From Octopus bimaculoides (Eukaryota), in contig NC_068985.1 of the NCBI RefSeq assembly GCF_001194135.2, forward strand, positions 126,815,004 through 126,857,309: a stretch of 42,306 nt of DNA, written 5' to 3'. Position 1 is the stretch's first letter. Every line of letters starts with the position of its first letter. Below, in pieces: positions 1-12,500 of the stretch. Position numbers and translations under genes: made by a program. The notes beneath the pieces are model-generated. The model worked only from the letters and a program-made list of their open reading frames with translations, ran no database searches and was not told the DNA's origin.

Positions 1-150
1 ATATATATATATACTGTTTGTAGAAAACATAACTCCAGAGATGCACACTCTAAGATGTAGAGCAGTTTATATTTTGATAGAATATATATATATATCACGA
101 TCATCATCATCATCATCCTCCTCATCCTCATCATCATCATCATCATCATA

Positions 151-530
151 TTCTAATGTCTGTTTTCCCTGCTGTCATGGGTCGGACGTTTTGACCAGGG
201 CTGGCAAGCAGGAGAGCTGCACCAGGTTCCAGTCTGATTTGGCTTGGTTTCTATGGCTGGAGGCCCTTCCTAATCCTAACCCTAACCCTAACCCTAATCC
301 TAACCACTTAACAATGTGTGCTGGTTGTTTTTACCACTGCACAGGAACTTTTATATGGCATCATATGGTTGCTTTTACATGACACTTCACAGACGCTTTT
401 ATGTGGCACCGTGCAAGTGCTTTTATGTGACATTGCATGAGCACTTTTATGTAGCACAGCACAAATGCTTTTATGAGAGACCACACAGGCACTTTTACAT
501 AACACCATATACTATAAATTCCCTCGACAA
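151..530 (-). repeat. RTE-type 3'UTR/tail copy with a 24-bp minisatellite and telomere-like hexamers
   Basis: Follows (TCA)n at 97-149. CTATGGCTGGAGGCCCTTCCTAA block. GCTTTTAYRTGRCAC units at about 330-530. Confidence 0.7.
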
Positions 531-903
531 GTGCAACTCCTTTCGGAAACAGAATCTTAATGAATAACAACTCCAAAACAATGGGAATATGAAATACAAA
601 AGGTCCTCAATAAAAAACACAGGTACAGGCATGACTGTGCAGTTAAGAAGCTCGTTTTGCAACTGTGTTGTTTTTAGTTTCTATCACAGTGGGCATCATC
701 AGCACAGCAGTTGTCCAAAGGTAACTCCAGCTGATATGAGACATAAACAAAAGGTGCAGGAAACATTTATGGACGAAGGTAACTTGGATAATTTAAATAA
801 AAATGAGTGGAGAGGTCAAAAGCATGAATATGGTCATAAAAATGAATAAAATTATCTTAAATATCATACAAAATGAATTTTTAGTTTATTTAAATTATCT
901 TCC

Positions 904-948
<45 letters not shown>

Positions 949-1587
949 GGTACACTTGTCAGGCAGGTGATATGGTCTAAGACAATGTATTGAAACAAAT
1001 CGATCATTGTGTGGAAGACACATATTTGCCATTCAAAAACACACAAAGACTATTAACCTCACTTAAACATTTATTTATTCGGTGTCAAAATTTTCATTGC
1101 ACAAACTGCCACTTGACAAGATTTCACTGTGTAATCTTGTCAGTGACTAGACAGCTGTTCAGGAGGCATAAATTTTCACACAAAATAACAAATAATAAAT
1201 GATTAAGTGAAGCTAACAGCCTTTGGTGCTTTTAAATGGCTAGTATATGCATTCTATGCTACAACTATTGTGTATGTGTGTGCGTGTGTGTGCATGAGTG
1301 TGTGTGTGTATGTGTATTTATGTATGTATGGATACATCTTTTAAATGTTTCAATCACTGGACTGTGGCCATGCTGGGGCACAGCCTTAAAGGGTCTAGAA
1401 GAACAAATCAACACCACTACTTATTCTTTTTAAGTCTGATATTAATTCAATCAGATTCTTTTGCTGAACCACTAAGTTATGAGGATGTAAACAAACCAAC
1501 ACCAGTTGTAAAGACACACACAAATATACATTTACACACACACACGCACGTATATATATATATATATATATATATATNNNNNNNNNN

Positions 1588-2023
1588 AAATCAGACTGGA
1601 GCCTGGTGTTGCCATCCGGTTTCACCAGTCCTCAGTCAAATCGTCCAACCCATGCTAGCATGGAAAGCGGACGTTAAACGATGATGATGATGATGATGAT
1701 ATATATAAGGAACACAAATGGGTTTAAAATTTACAACAGCTGTTTCAGTAGAATTTTATTAATGTATTCATGGATTATATCATAGTATATAATCCACCAT
1801 CTTCAAGTAAAATTTTAAACATGTATAAACAGGTGAGATAATACAATAATACCTTGATGATAATGAATCCAACCATTGGATAAGATGATGATGACAGGGC
1901 ATCCAGTTGTAGAAGCTCTGCCAAATCAGATTGGAGCCTGGTGTAGCCATCTGGTTCACCAGTCCTCAGTCAAATCATCCAACCCATGCTAGCATGGAAA
2001 GCGGACGTTAAATGATGATGATG
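1588..2023 (+). repeat. Two near-identical RTE-type tail copies (1588-1700, 1885-2023)
   Basis: CAGTCCTCAGTCAAATCRTCCAACCCATGCTAGCATGGAAAGCGGACGTTAAA(GAT)n occurs twice. Confidence 0.85.
1710..1880 (-). mobile_element. Penelope-like element terminal fragment carrying a decayed minimal hammerhead ribozyme
   Basis: Stem I, TTGAAGA, stem II, GAAAC-AGCT-GT arrangement (see findings). Assignment to Penelope rests on the known link between minimal hammerheads and PLEs. Confidence 0.55.
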
Positions 2024-5000
2024 AAGACTGACGTTCTTACAATTTTTATTAATCTATTCCCTTGGATTGATACCTCTTTTATCAATCCCAAAAGAACGAA
2101 TGGCAAAGTTGACCTTAGCAGGATTTGAAGTGAGAACGTAATGTTGGAACAAATACTGTAGGGCATTCTATCCAACTCTCTAATTACTCTCCCAATTTAC
2201 CTCCACTTATACACACTGCACACATGCCTCTTCTTCACTTGTTATCCCTACTGTATTTCACACAAACTCTGCCATAGACATTTTTACCCAGTCTTCTCAA
2301 CTGAGACGCAGTTCTCACTGGAACATTCTCCTAACTCATATTTTCTCCACAGATATTCAGGCTGAATCTCAGCTGCATTAATTTCACCAGTCCAGAAAAT
2401 AAGCTGTTGCAAAAGTCATAAGTGGTTTTTCTTCTCATCGTAAAAAACAAGAAACAAAATCCCTCGAAACGAATATTATACACTTACAACTATATCAGCT
2501 ACATAGATGCTCGTGTATAGTCCACTTCCATAGAAGCAGTAACAAGCAAGGCAATATTGCTTTCTCTATTAACCAACATTCTAGCAATCAAATAACCAAA
2601 TGTCCTACCTTCAGAAAAGAAGTATGTTAAATAATGTAGGAATCCTAGATACACTTTCATACTTTCTCTGTACAAAAAAAAAAAAAGAAAAAAAAGATAG
2701 GTACCATAGCTGGAATTCCTTTAATTAATGATTTGTTAGAACAAGGCTGATTTGGGCTGAACATCAACAAAAACATTATGTTCAATGGTATCATATTCTT
2801 TGTCCCTGTTTCACAAGTAGTACTTTCCTTCAGATTTATAACAATCATATTGGTTGCTCAAATGGTACTTATTTTATCGACCCCCAATGGCATTTGAACT
2901 CAGAATGTAAAAAAGGATGAAATGCTGCTGGGTATTTTGCCCAGTGTGCTAACAACTCTGCCAGCTCACCGCCTTAATTCATAACAATCATATTACCTAG
3001 TTGTGGGTACTGTCACAACCTCAGGCCTGTAAAATGGAGTTTTTAGATGGAATGCAGTGTGCATAGTACCATTCCTACCTTTTACTCCTGAGTGTGCTGC
3101 ATACCCATCGAAAATGGCAAATTCATTATAAATATTGATCTTACTCATTAATTTAATCACAAATCTTAATGGAAAACTTTTGTTACACCTCTGCTTGAAA
3201 TATGGCAGCATTGGGCGTTGCAGCACACCCAATACAACAACCACCATACACCACTGCTGTCATGGCCTAGCAGGCTGAGATGGTGGCTGCAAGATCTTTA
3301 AGTTTAAGATTTACATTGGAGTATCTTTCTAGAGCAAAAGCACTCCTCCAATGCTTATCCCAGCTAGTTTGAACCATAGATGGTGGTCCTTGACTGCTAT
3401 CCACTTGAATCAATAAACCAGAGATTACAAATTTTTTCTATGACCTACTCTCCCAGGAAATGTTGGATTAATTTTTACTCCCCCTACAACATTTGAAAAT
3501 AAAAAGTTAATTTTCTAACAAAGCCTTTTTTTTTTTTCTAGATTTAACCACATACAATACTGTGAAATAATACAGTTGTTGGTGTGCTTGATAGAAAATA
3601 TAATGTAAAAACATTTCTGATTATTGAATAGCCCATCCAATGAAAGACTAGAGCAATAAGAAGGTCATCAACATAAGAATACTGTGACAAGTTACATTTC
3701 AAGTTAGTTAAGAATTTTATTTTCAAAAGTGATTTGAATAAACTATTTACTTTCCTTTGTTGTCACAACCCTGAAATGCTATCTTGCACCCTCGGTTCAT
3801 TAAGCCAATAAGTGAACCTCTATGTAGTCACTAAACCTGCTAGAAGTAGCAGTTAAATTTCATCCCAATTGAAGCTTACCACCTTATAAAAAATCCATTA
3901 GATACTGTACCCCAAAGTATAATATGCCCAATAAGACAGATTAGTCACAGCTAGAAAGTTTTTAATCTTAAGTCAACTAAATCAGAGCTGAGCTAGAAAC
4001 CACACGAATCACCAACACCACCACCAATGTCTGGTTAAAAACAACCATAAAACCATTTATTCATTCGCATAATATCCTTTCTTTGTATTCTAGCACAGAT
4101 TCAATGAATAAATATTATTGAGGCTTTACAGCTAAATACCATTCCTATCTTTAACTCTTACCTGATTTTTAAGTAAAGAATTTTTTTTATTCTACACATC
4201 TTTGCTATATATGTCATCAAATATCAAGGGTTTTTTTTTCTAGCTCAACTATTTGTTTGTTTATATGTATGTAGGTATTATGTATGTATGTGTATATACA
4301 CACACACACACATATGCACAATAGACTTCCATATGGTTTTTGTCTACCAATCTTACACTCTAGGCACTGGTTAACCTGAGGATGCAGTAGAAGACATTTG
4401 CACAAGGTACCATGCAAAGAAATAGAAATCAAGACCATGCAATAACAAAATGAACTCCATATACACACAGCCATGTCTATGCCTATCATATTTTATTCAA
4501 AATGATAAACTCAATGTAACTATTACCACTTTCATTCAAATAATTCCAAACACTAGACAGTAGATTCATATTAATTCTCATATCAAGAGGAATGTTTAGC
4601 AACTAAACTAGTCATTTTTGTCTCAGCTTAAGTAATTATAACAATTAAGTTGTGCTTTGACATACACAGCAAATTAATTATGCCTTTCACCAAGTGTAAT
4701 ATAATCATATGTAATCTGTTGTGTACATGTAAACATAGCCTTGCTGGGTGAGTATCAAGGTTACAGAGATCACATGGTTGATCAAAAGCAAGACCTGAAT
4801 TTCCTGGTTTCAGTTGACTCTTTGCAGCCCTGCTATATCTCTCATGTGTTGCATTACATACGTAGACTCCCTGCCAAGCATTTTCAAACATATAGGACGA
4901 GGTGGTAGTTTGACAACCTTTGAAAGAAATTATATTTATTACCACACATGCCATGTGATGTTGATTAAACATGGATCAGCTGAGATCATGTAAACTTATA

Positions 5001-5919
5001 ATCTATCTTGTATTTTTTCACAGGTATAACAAATCACGAATTACTTAATCTAATGCATCCCACTTTCTATTTTTAAATGATAATCAGTGGTAATTGAGAT
5101 ATTTCGCTGCCATTTCTAGGTGGCACAGTGACAACATAAAGGCTCCCTTGTTTGATTCATATGATGTTATGTTTTATATTTTGGACACATACTTAGTCTT
5201 GCTGTGAACATCTTTCTGAAGATGGATTTATAACCAGTGTTAATGAGAACAACTAAATCATGAATTAGACCTCCTATTCATTAACTTACTGTAAGGTTTC
5301 AAAAATGTCATGGAGCAGACTAATTACCATAATTAATAAAATTAACATGGTTTCCACTTCTTAAGCTTATCAAATAACTTACATGCAAAAGTCTATTGCT
5401 TTCTCGTTTATAAAGAGAGAGGGTGGCAAAAAATTTCACAGAAATTGTCTTTTTTGATCTGGGGGAGGATGGACATCTGCCTTAAACCTACAGGCTCAGG
5501 AAATTAGAATTCATTCTGGTTTTCAAGTTAAGGCTGACAGAACATAATTCTCCACTTAATCAGACATCACTCTGTCAAAGGGTTTGATCCTAGGTTCCAC
5601 TAGTACTTATTTTCAGCAGAGTGAACTTGAACAACATGAAATACAGTGCATTCCTTCAGGTCCCAATGTGTTGCTGTTTGAGAATTGAACCCAAAACCTA
5701 ATGATTGTGAGTCCAACACCATAAACAATACACAACACACCTTTAATATTTTTTAGGTGGGGGACTGGTATTTGTCAGTTTGAGAACCATTGTATTAATT
5801 TGTATTTTAATTTAAAACTATCTTCAAAATAATGATTAAATATTAGCCAATTACCATAAATTGTGAGCTAACCTAATTATCCCAATGCCCCCACTCGCTC
5901 TCTCAGCTGAGGTCTGTCT

Positions 5920-6810
5920 TGCAAGTGCCAGAATCATGGAAGATGTACTCATGCTGGTGCCATGGAAGATGTACTCATGCTGGTGCCATGGAAGATGTAC
6001 TCATGCTGGTGCCATGGAAGATGTACTCATGCTGNNNNNNNNNNNNNNNNNNNNNNNNNNNNNNNNNNNNNNNNNNNNNNNNNNNNNNNNNNNNNNNNNN
6101 NNNNNNNNNNNNNNNNNNNNNNNNNNNNNNNNNNNNNNNNNNNNNNNNNNNNNNNNNNNNNNNNNNNNNNNNNNNNNNNNNNNNNNNNNNNNNNNNNNNN
6201 NNNNNNNNNNNNNNNNNNNNNNNNNNNNNNNNNNNNNNNNNNNNNNNNNNNNNNNNNNNNNNNNNNNNNNNNNNNNNNNNNNNNNNNNNNNNNNNNNNNN
6301 NNNNNNNNNNNNNNNNNNNNNNNNNNNNNNNNNNNNNNNNNNNNNNNNNNNNNNNNNNNNNNNNNNNNNNNNNNNNNNNNNNNNNNNNNNNNNNNNNNNN
6401 NNNNNNNNNNNNNNNNNNNNNNNNNNNNNNNNNNNNNNNNNNNNNNNNNNNNNNNNNNNNNNNNNNNNNNNNNNNNNNNNNNNNNNNNNNNNNNNNNNNN
6501 NNNNNNNNNNNNNNNNNNNNNNNNNNNNNNNNNNNNNNNNNNNNNNNNNNNNNNNNNNNNNNNNNNNNNNNNNNNNNNNNNNNNNNNNNTGCCATGTAAA
6601 ATGCTCTCGTGCTGGTGCCATGGAAGATGTACTCATGCTGGTGCCATGGAAGATGTACTCATGCTGGTGCCACTTACAATGCATCCAGCTGCAGAAACCA
6701 TGCCAAAACAGACAATTGGAGTCTGGACAGCTCTCTGGCTGGTCAGTTCCTGTCAAACTGTCCAACCCATGCCAGCATGAAAAACAGACATTAAATGATA
6801 ATGATGATAT
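5920..6810 (+). repeat. RTE-type tail copy with a 26-bp tandem array spanning a gap
   Basis: Unit CATGGAAGATGTACTCATGCTGGTGC on both sides of the N-run 6035-6589, followed by the conserved tail. Confidence 0.85.
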
Positions 6811-7104
6811 TAAATTTAAATCAGTTGAACTGATTACTTAGACTGCCAGCTGAAAACACACATACTCATCATCATCACTTTTACATCCACATTTTCCATG
6901 TTGTTAGATAAAATCTGAAGCAATATTCTCTGGCTACATGACCTTCTTGCTACAGTATTCTTATGCGGATGACCTTGTTGCCAACTCTCATTTGCTTCCA
7001 AGTAAGATGCCTAGTCTTTCATGTGATGGACTGTTCAATAGCCAGGCATCTTTTTACATGGTATAAACAATGATGCTGCTGAATAAATGGTGACGTTGTT
7101 TTAT

Positions 7105-7285
7105 ATGTTGAAGGGTGGGCTGAAAAGTTTATAGGCTGACCACAATGCAATGGTTGAATTTGACCAAATGTGTTTTATTTTTCAACATAGTCTCCTCATT
7201 ATCTCAATATATAGCAGAAATATTTTCATGTAAGGACCACTATCAACATTTCATGTTAGAACTATTTATCAATTATTGCCCTTCC
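7105..7285. mobile_element. Mariner-like MITE remnant
   Basis: The left end GAAGGGTGGGCTGAAAAGTTTATAGGCTGAC resembles mariner TIRs. The right end is poorly conserved. Confidence 0.35.
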
Positions 7286-7601
7286 AATTTCATGTTTATT
7301 CTTTCTATATAAATGACGTCTCAACACAGTTGACATCTCTCACTTGCAATAACTTATACCAGGAAACAGAGCAAAGCAGAGCTCTGCTTTTATCATATGA
7401 GGCTTAATTACAGTTAAAAGGCAGCATGAAGGAAGAATTAATAGATGTTACTACATTACTGCCAGCAATGTGAATCCCCAGCCCAAATCTTTGATGATAA
7501 TATTGTGATGATGATAATTACTTCTAACATAGGGATAAGGCCAGAAACTAGAGGAGAGAGTAGGTTGCTTAAATCAATCTTTGTACCAGTACTTTATTTT
7601 C

Positions 7602-8010
7602 ATCATCATCATCGTTTAACGTCCGCCTTCCATGCTAGCATGGGTTGGACGATTTGACTGAGGACTGGTGAAACCGGATGGCAACACCAGGCTCCAATCT
7701 AATTTGGCAGAGTTTCTACAGCTGGATGCCCTTCCTAACGCCAACCACTAAGAGAGTGTAGTGGGTGCTTTTACGTGTCACCCGCACGAAAACGGCCACG
7801 CTCGAAATGGTGTCTTTTATGTGCCACCCGCACAAGAGCCAGTCCAGGGGCACCAGCAACAATCTCGCTCGAAAAACCTCATGTGTCACTCGCACAAGAG
7901 CCAGTCCATGGGCACTGGCAACAATCCCGCTCGAAAGATTTCATGCGTCACCCGCACATGAGCCAGTCTAGGGGCACCGGCAGCGATCTCGCTCAAAAAA
8001 ACCTCATAAA
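7602..8010 (-). repeat. RTE-type tail copy with about four 62-64 bp VNTR units (similar copy at 20068-20475)
   Basis: CATCATCGTTTAACGTCCGC...GCCAACCAC, then repeated TGTCACCCGCAC-GAGCCAGTC-GGGCACYRGCAACAATCTCGCTC. Confidence 0.85.
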
Positions 8011-8329
8011 ACAATGAAAGGCAAAGTTGACCATAGCAGACTTTGAACTCCGAACATAGAGCTGGAATGAATATTATGCTACCAATCCACTACCCTAGTA
8101 ATCAGAATAATCTTTCTAGAAGATTATTTTATCCTACCAAGACACTGCAGCCTTTCAATTTAACATCTCCAGCACTGTCAAGAAATGCTCCTTCTTCACT
8201 TAGCTTTTATTGTTTTTCCAATTCAATGAATGATGACATCACTCACACTAAAACATGAATCTTGGATTGACCTATGAGATCTTTTGCATTAGTATACTAA
8301 TGGCTCTAGACTTCTCTGTTTGTCCCATT

Positions 8330-9255
8330 TTCTAGCCTGCTTAGATCAAGATGTTTTGCTTTATGAGACTGTACCAAGTAGATCTTACAGCACAAAGCTC
8401 TACCATGATTGTTTAATATTGCAATCTTTTAGAGAGGCTTAGAGAGTTTCTTTGCAGCATTTGCCAGCATGTTAACTGACCAGATATTACCCACCAATCG
8501 ACTCACTGTAGAAAAGAAATTTCAGAAATTCTTCATTCATTCTGGCAGCATGACCAGGTCAATGCAGCTGGACTCCGCACAAAAGAATGCAGAGACTGAG
8601 TAACACTGCATGATTGAGGGCCTCAGTATCTTGGACCTTGCCCCGCCAATGAACACTCAGCATTTTGCATGGATAGACTTGTTTAAAGTCCATGTCTCAT
8701 TGGCATAAAGCGAAATTGGTAGAATAATGAACCTGTAGACCTTAATCTTGGTTTGGAAGTTGAGACTTTTCCTTGCTCAGATAATCTTACAAAGGTGATG
8801 CCGGCCTTGGCAAAGGTGATGCTGGCCTTGGCAAAGGTGATGCTGGCCTTCGCAATTCTGCTGTTAATTTCATCATCGATACAGAGGACTCTTAAGAGAA
8901 TACAACCAAGGAATGTAAATCTGTCAATGGTCTTATCTTTGACTATGATTGCAGGCACTATGTACTATTCGTGAGGAACAGCCTGGTACATGCCTTTGGG
9001 GATTTTTTGTGCTGATGGTTGAAGGACAAAGTCACCACAAACAGAGAAGAAACATTTTTGTATTTCCAACTTTCAGACACTGAGCTTGCATTGACAGCTG
9101 TTGTCTACAAACAATTCACATAGGGTCCTCCTTCATCTTGGTTTCAGCCTTGAGCTTTCTCAGGTTGAAGAGCCATCAGTACAATAGTGTCTGGTTAAGC
9201 TACCTTCCCCAACCAAAATACACCAGTTATGGCTGAAAACAAGCTGAAGAGAATG
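8330..9255 (-). mobile_element. RTE (BovB-like) LINE ORF2 fragment, decayed
   Basis: Minus-strand translation across frameshifts gives LFNLRKLKAETK..ELFVDN (the LFADD equivalent), DRFTFLGCIL...IDDEINSRIAKAS, and ..VQLH*PGHAARMNE..LFYSE. Confidence 0.85.
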
Positions 9256-9544
9256 GGTGCCAGTACACAATATTGCTTAACATCATTTGTGACTTGGAAT
9301 ATCACCATGGCTTGCCGTCACCATTTACACTATACATACATGCACCTATACACATTATATACATAAAGACACAATAATATATACATAAATGTACAATTTA
9401 TACATACATACTCACAAACACATACATGCATGAATACATGCATACAAGAGAGTGAGAAAGAGAGCTATGAACTAGTTATTTATATACACCAATTTATACA
9501 TGTTTATGATACAGAATTAAAGATTTAACTTTTTTCTCAATAAT

Positions 9545-12500
9545 AATAATGATTTCATACATTGGCACAAGGCCACAAATTGTAGGAGTAGAATAGTCAA
9601 TTGAATTGAACCCCTGTACAAAGCTGGTACCCATTTTTATTGAGTCCAGAAGGATGAAAAGTGAAGTCAAATCCAGCAGGATTTGAATTCAAAACATGAA
9701 GGAACATAACTAAATACCACAGGGCATTTGGTCCGGCACTGTACCATCTCTGCCAGCTCCACAATAAATGATGATGATTATTTTCCGAATGTGTGTGAAG
9801 CCTCAGAATTATTAGAGGAGAACTGTGATAATGTGCTGTAAATGGTTTTCACAAAAATGCTAGTGAGCAAAGAGAAATGGTCCTATAACAGAATTGAAAT
9901 CAAGTCAAAGACTTGGATTACTTGGCACTCTGCCACTGACCACAATAATGAGGATGTAATTTGTTTAATTAGCCATTAATGTAAGAATTATTTGAGAGTA
10001 GAAATAGTAAATTATTGATCATGTTCACCATCACAAACAGAATTAAGATAATAAAAATTGCTTCTAATTTAAGCGCAAGGCCAGCAATTTTGATTATATT
10101 AACCCCATTTCTTGACTGGTACTTCATGTTTTGACCCCTAAAAGAATGAAAGGCAAAGTTGACTTTGACAGGATTTGAACTCAGAATGCCAGCTAGAAAA
10201 AATGCCATGGAGCATTTTCCTAACACTCTAACAATTTTGCTCAAATAATAATGAATGTTTCTTACATTGGCACAAATTAGTAATTTTCAGAGGAAAGTTG
10301 TGGTTGTGTTGTCAATCAACTAAAGGGCAACTGACCATCACCTACTATATATCACATAATTATTTTACTGAACCCTGATGGATGATGGGGCTAAACTGAT
10401 CTCAAAGTATTGAACTCAATAACAATAATCCTTTCTACTATATACACAAGGCCTAAAATTTTGGGGGAAGGGATTAGTCGATTACATCTACACCCAGTAC
10501 TTGACAGGTACTTTATTTTATTGACCCTGAAAAAATGAAAGGTAAAGTCAACTTTAGTGGTATTAGAACTCAGAACATAAAGCCAGAAGAAATGCCACTA
10601 AACATTTTGTCTGATGTGCTAATGACTTTGCCAATCCATTACCCTTAATAGATTTCTTTTAGGTACAAAACCAGTTTTTGTAGGATAGAATTAATGGTTA
10701 TTCGAGTTGATCACAAAATGTTACTGGTATTTATTTTGCTAATTCACAAGACTAAAAGAAAAGAGGGTGTAATCAACTGAATCAATGCCAGTAAATACCT
10801 ATTTCTTATTTTATCGACCTTCCACCCTTCTGCACATCAATACATTGTCATCTCTCTGGCCCCTAATTTCAATTGAAAACATTTATAACTGTAACTAAAT
10901 ACATCAAGGTATTTAGTGTGAGACACAACTGTTTCTGATAGTTCACCGGAATCATAACAATCATTTCTAACATAAATATAGAAATTTTGAAGAAGTAGGT
11001 TAGTCAATTAAATTGACCCCAGTAAGTGGTTGGTATTTTTATTTCATTGACTTCAGAAGGATGAAAGGCAAAGTTGACTTTGATAGGATTTGAACTCAGA
11101 ACATAAAGAGCCAAAACAAACACTGCAAGACATTTTGTCCAATATTGTAATGATTTTCCAATCAACCACTCCCCTAATAAAGCCTGCACAAAGCCAGCAC
11201 TTTTGAGGGTAGAAAGTTAAGATATTGATGCCAGTACTTGACTGGCACTTTATTTTATCGATCCTGTATGAATGAAAGGCAAAGCTGACCTTGGCAGGAT
11301 CTGAACTTGAGTCATAGAGCCAGAATAAATAATGCAAGGCTCGTTTTTTTAACAATGCTAGTAATTATGCTATTATCATTGGCACAAAACCATTATTATC
11401 GTTGAAGGGGATAGGTCAGTAGTCAGTTTAAATGGCCCCAGTATTTGGCCGGTATTGGTTTCATCAACTGAGAACAGTGAAAGGCAAAAGTCGGCTCTGG
11501 CAGGGGTTGTAATAAAAAAAAAAATGTAAAAGAACATAACTATATACACTTATACGACTGTTTCTGGAATTTCACCAACACAATAATAATAATAATAATG
11601 ATGGCTTCATATTTTGGCACAGGGCCAGCAGTTTTTGAAGGGAGGGGGAAGATGAGTTGATTACACTGATCCTAGTACATGAGTGTTACTTATTTCATCA
11701 GTCCCCAAAAAATGAAAAGTAAAGTTGACCTCGGCAGAATTTGAGCTCAGAATGTAAAGACGGACAAAATGCTGCCAAGCATTTTGCCCAGTGTGCTAAC
11801 GATTCTGCCAGCTCACCACCTTAATCAGCAACAACAGCATAATGATAATGATGATGATTATTACTTCAAATTTTGGCACATGGCCAGCAAATTTAGGGGA
11901 GGAGGCTAGTTGACTACATCAATCTCAGTATTCAACTGGTACTTATTTTATCAACTCCAAAAGGATGAAAGGCTAAGTCAGTCCTGGCAACATTTGAACG
12001 TCAAAGTCAGTCAGAAGAAATTCCACTTAGAGTTTTCTCAGCATGCTAATGATCCTGCCAGCTCACTGCCTTAATAATAATAATAATAATAATAAAGGTG
12101 CTAATTTCTAGTTTAGGTACAAGATCAGCAATTTTGAGGGGAGTGGGTTAGTCAATATCATCAACCCCAGTACTTAACTAGCATTTCATTTCATTGATCC
12201 CAGAGGGATAAACATCAAAGAAGATTTCAGCCGCATTTGAACCAGAATAAAAAGAGCTGGAAAAAATACTGCAAAACATTTCTTAATGTTTCAATGATTT
12301 TGTCAGCTCAATACCCTGAATTAACCCTGTAATAATTGGTTCTAATACAGACACAATGCCAAGAACTTTGAAGGTAGGTCAGTCGATACCACCAACCCCA
12401 GTGCTTGACTGGTACTTTATTTTATCGACCCTAGAGGGATGAAAGACAAAGTTCACCATAGCAGAATTTGATATAAGAAATGCAAAGAGCCAAAAGAAAC

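Noticed and set aside
2993-3420. Unique-looking segment with short ORFs
   Set aside because: No recognisable motif in the frames examined and no splice support. It may be an old TE, but I cannot support a call.
5925-6670. CRISPR-like regular repeats
   Set aside because: Eukaryotic context, no unique spacers and no cas genes. These are contiguous minisatellite units.
5885-6841. Long ORFs of 200-318 aa in several frames
   Set aside because: They are mostly N-gap read as X plus a 26-bp stop-free minisatellite.
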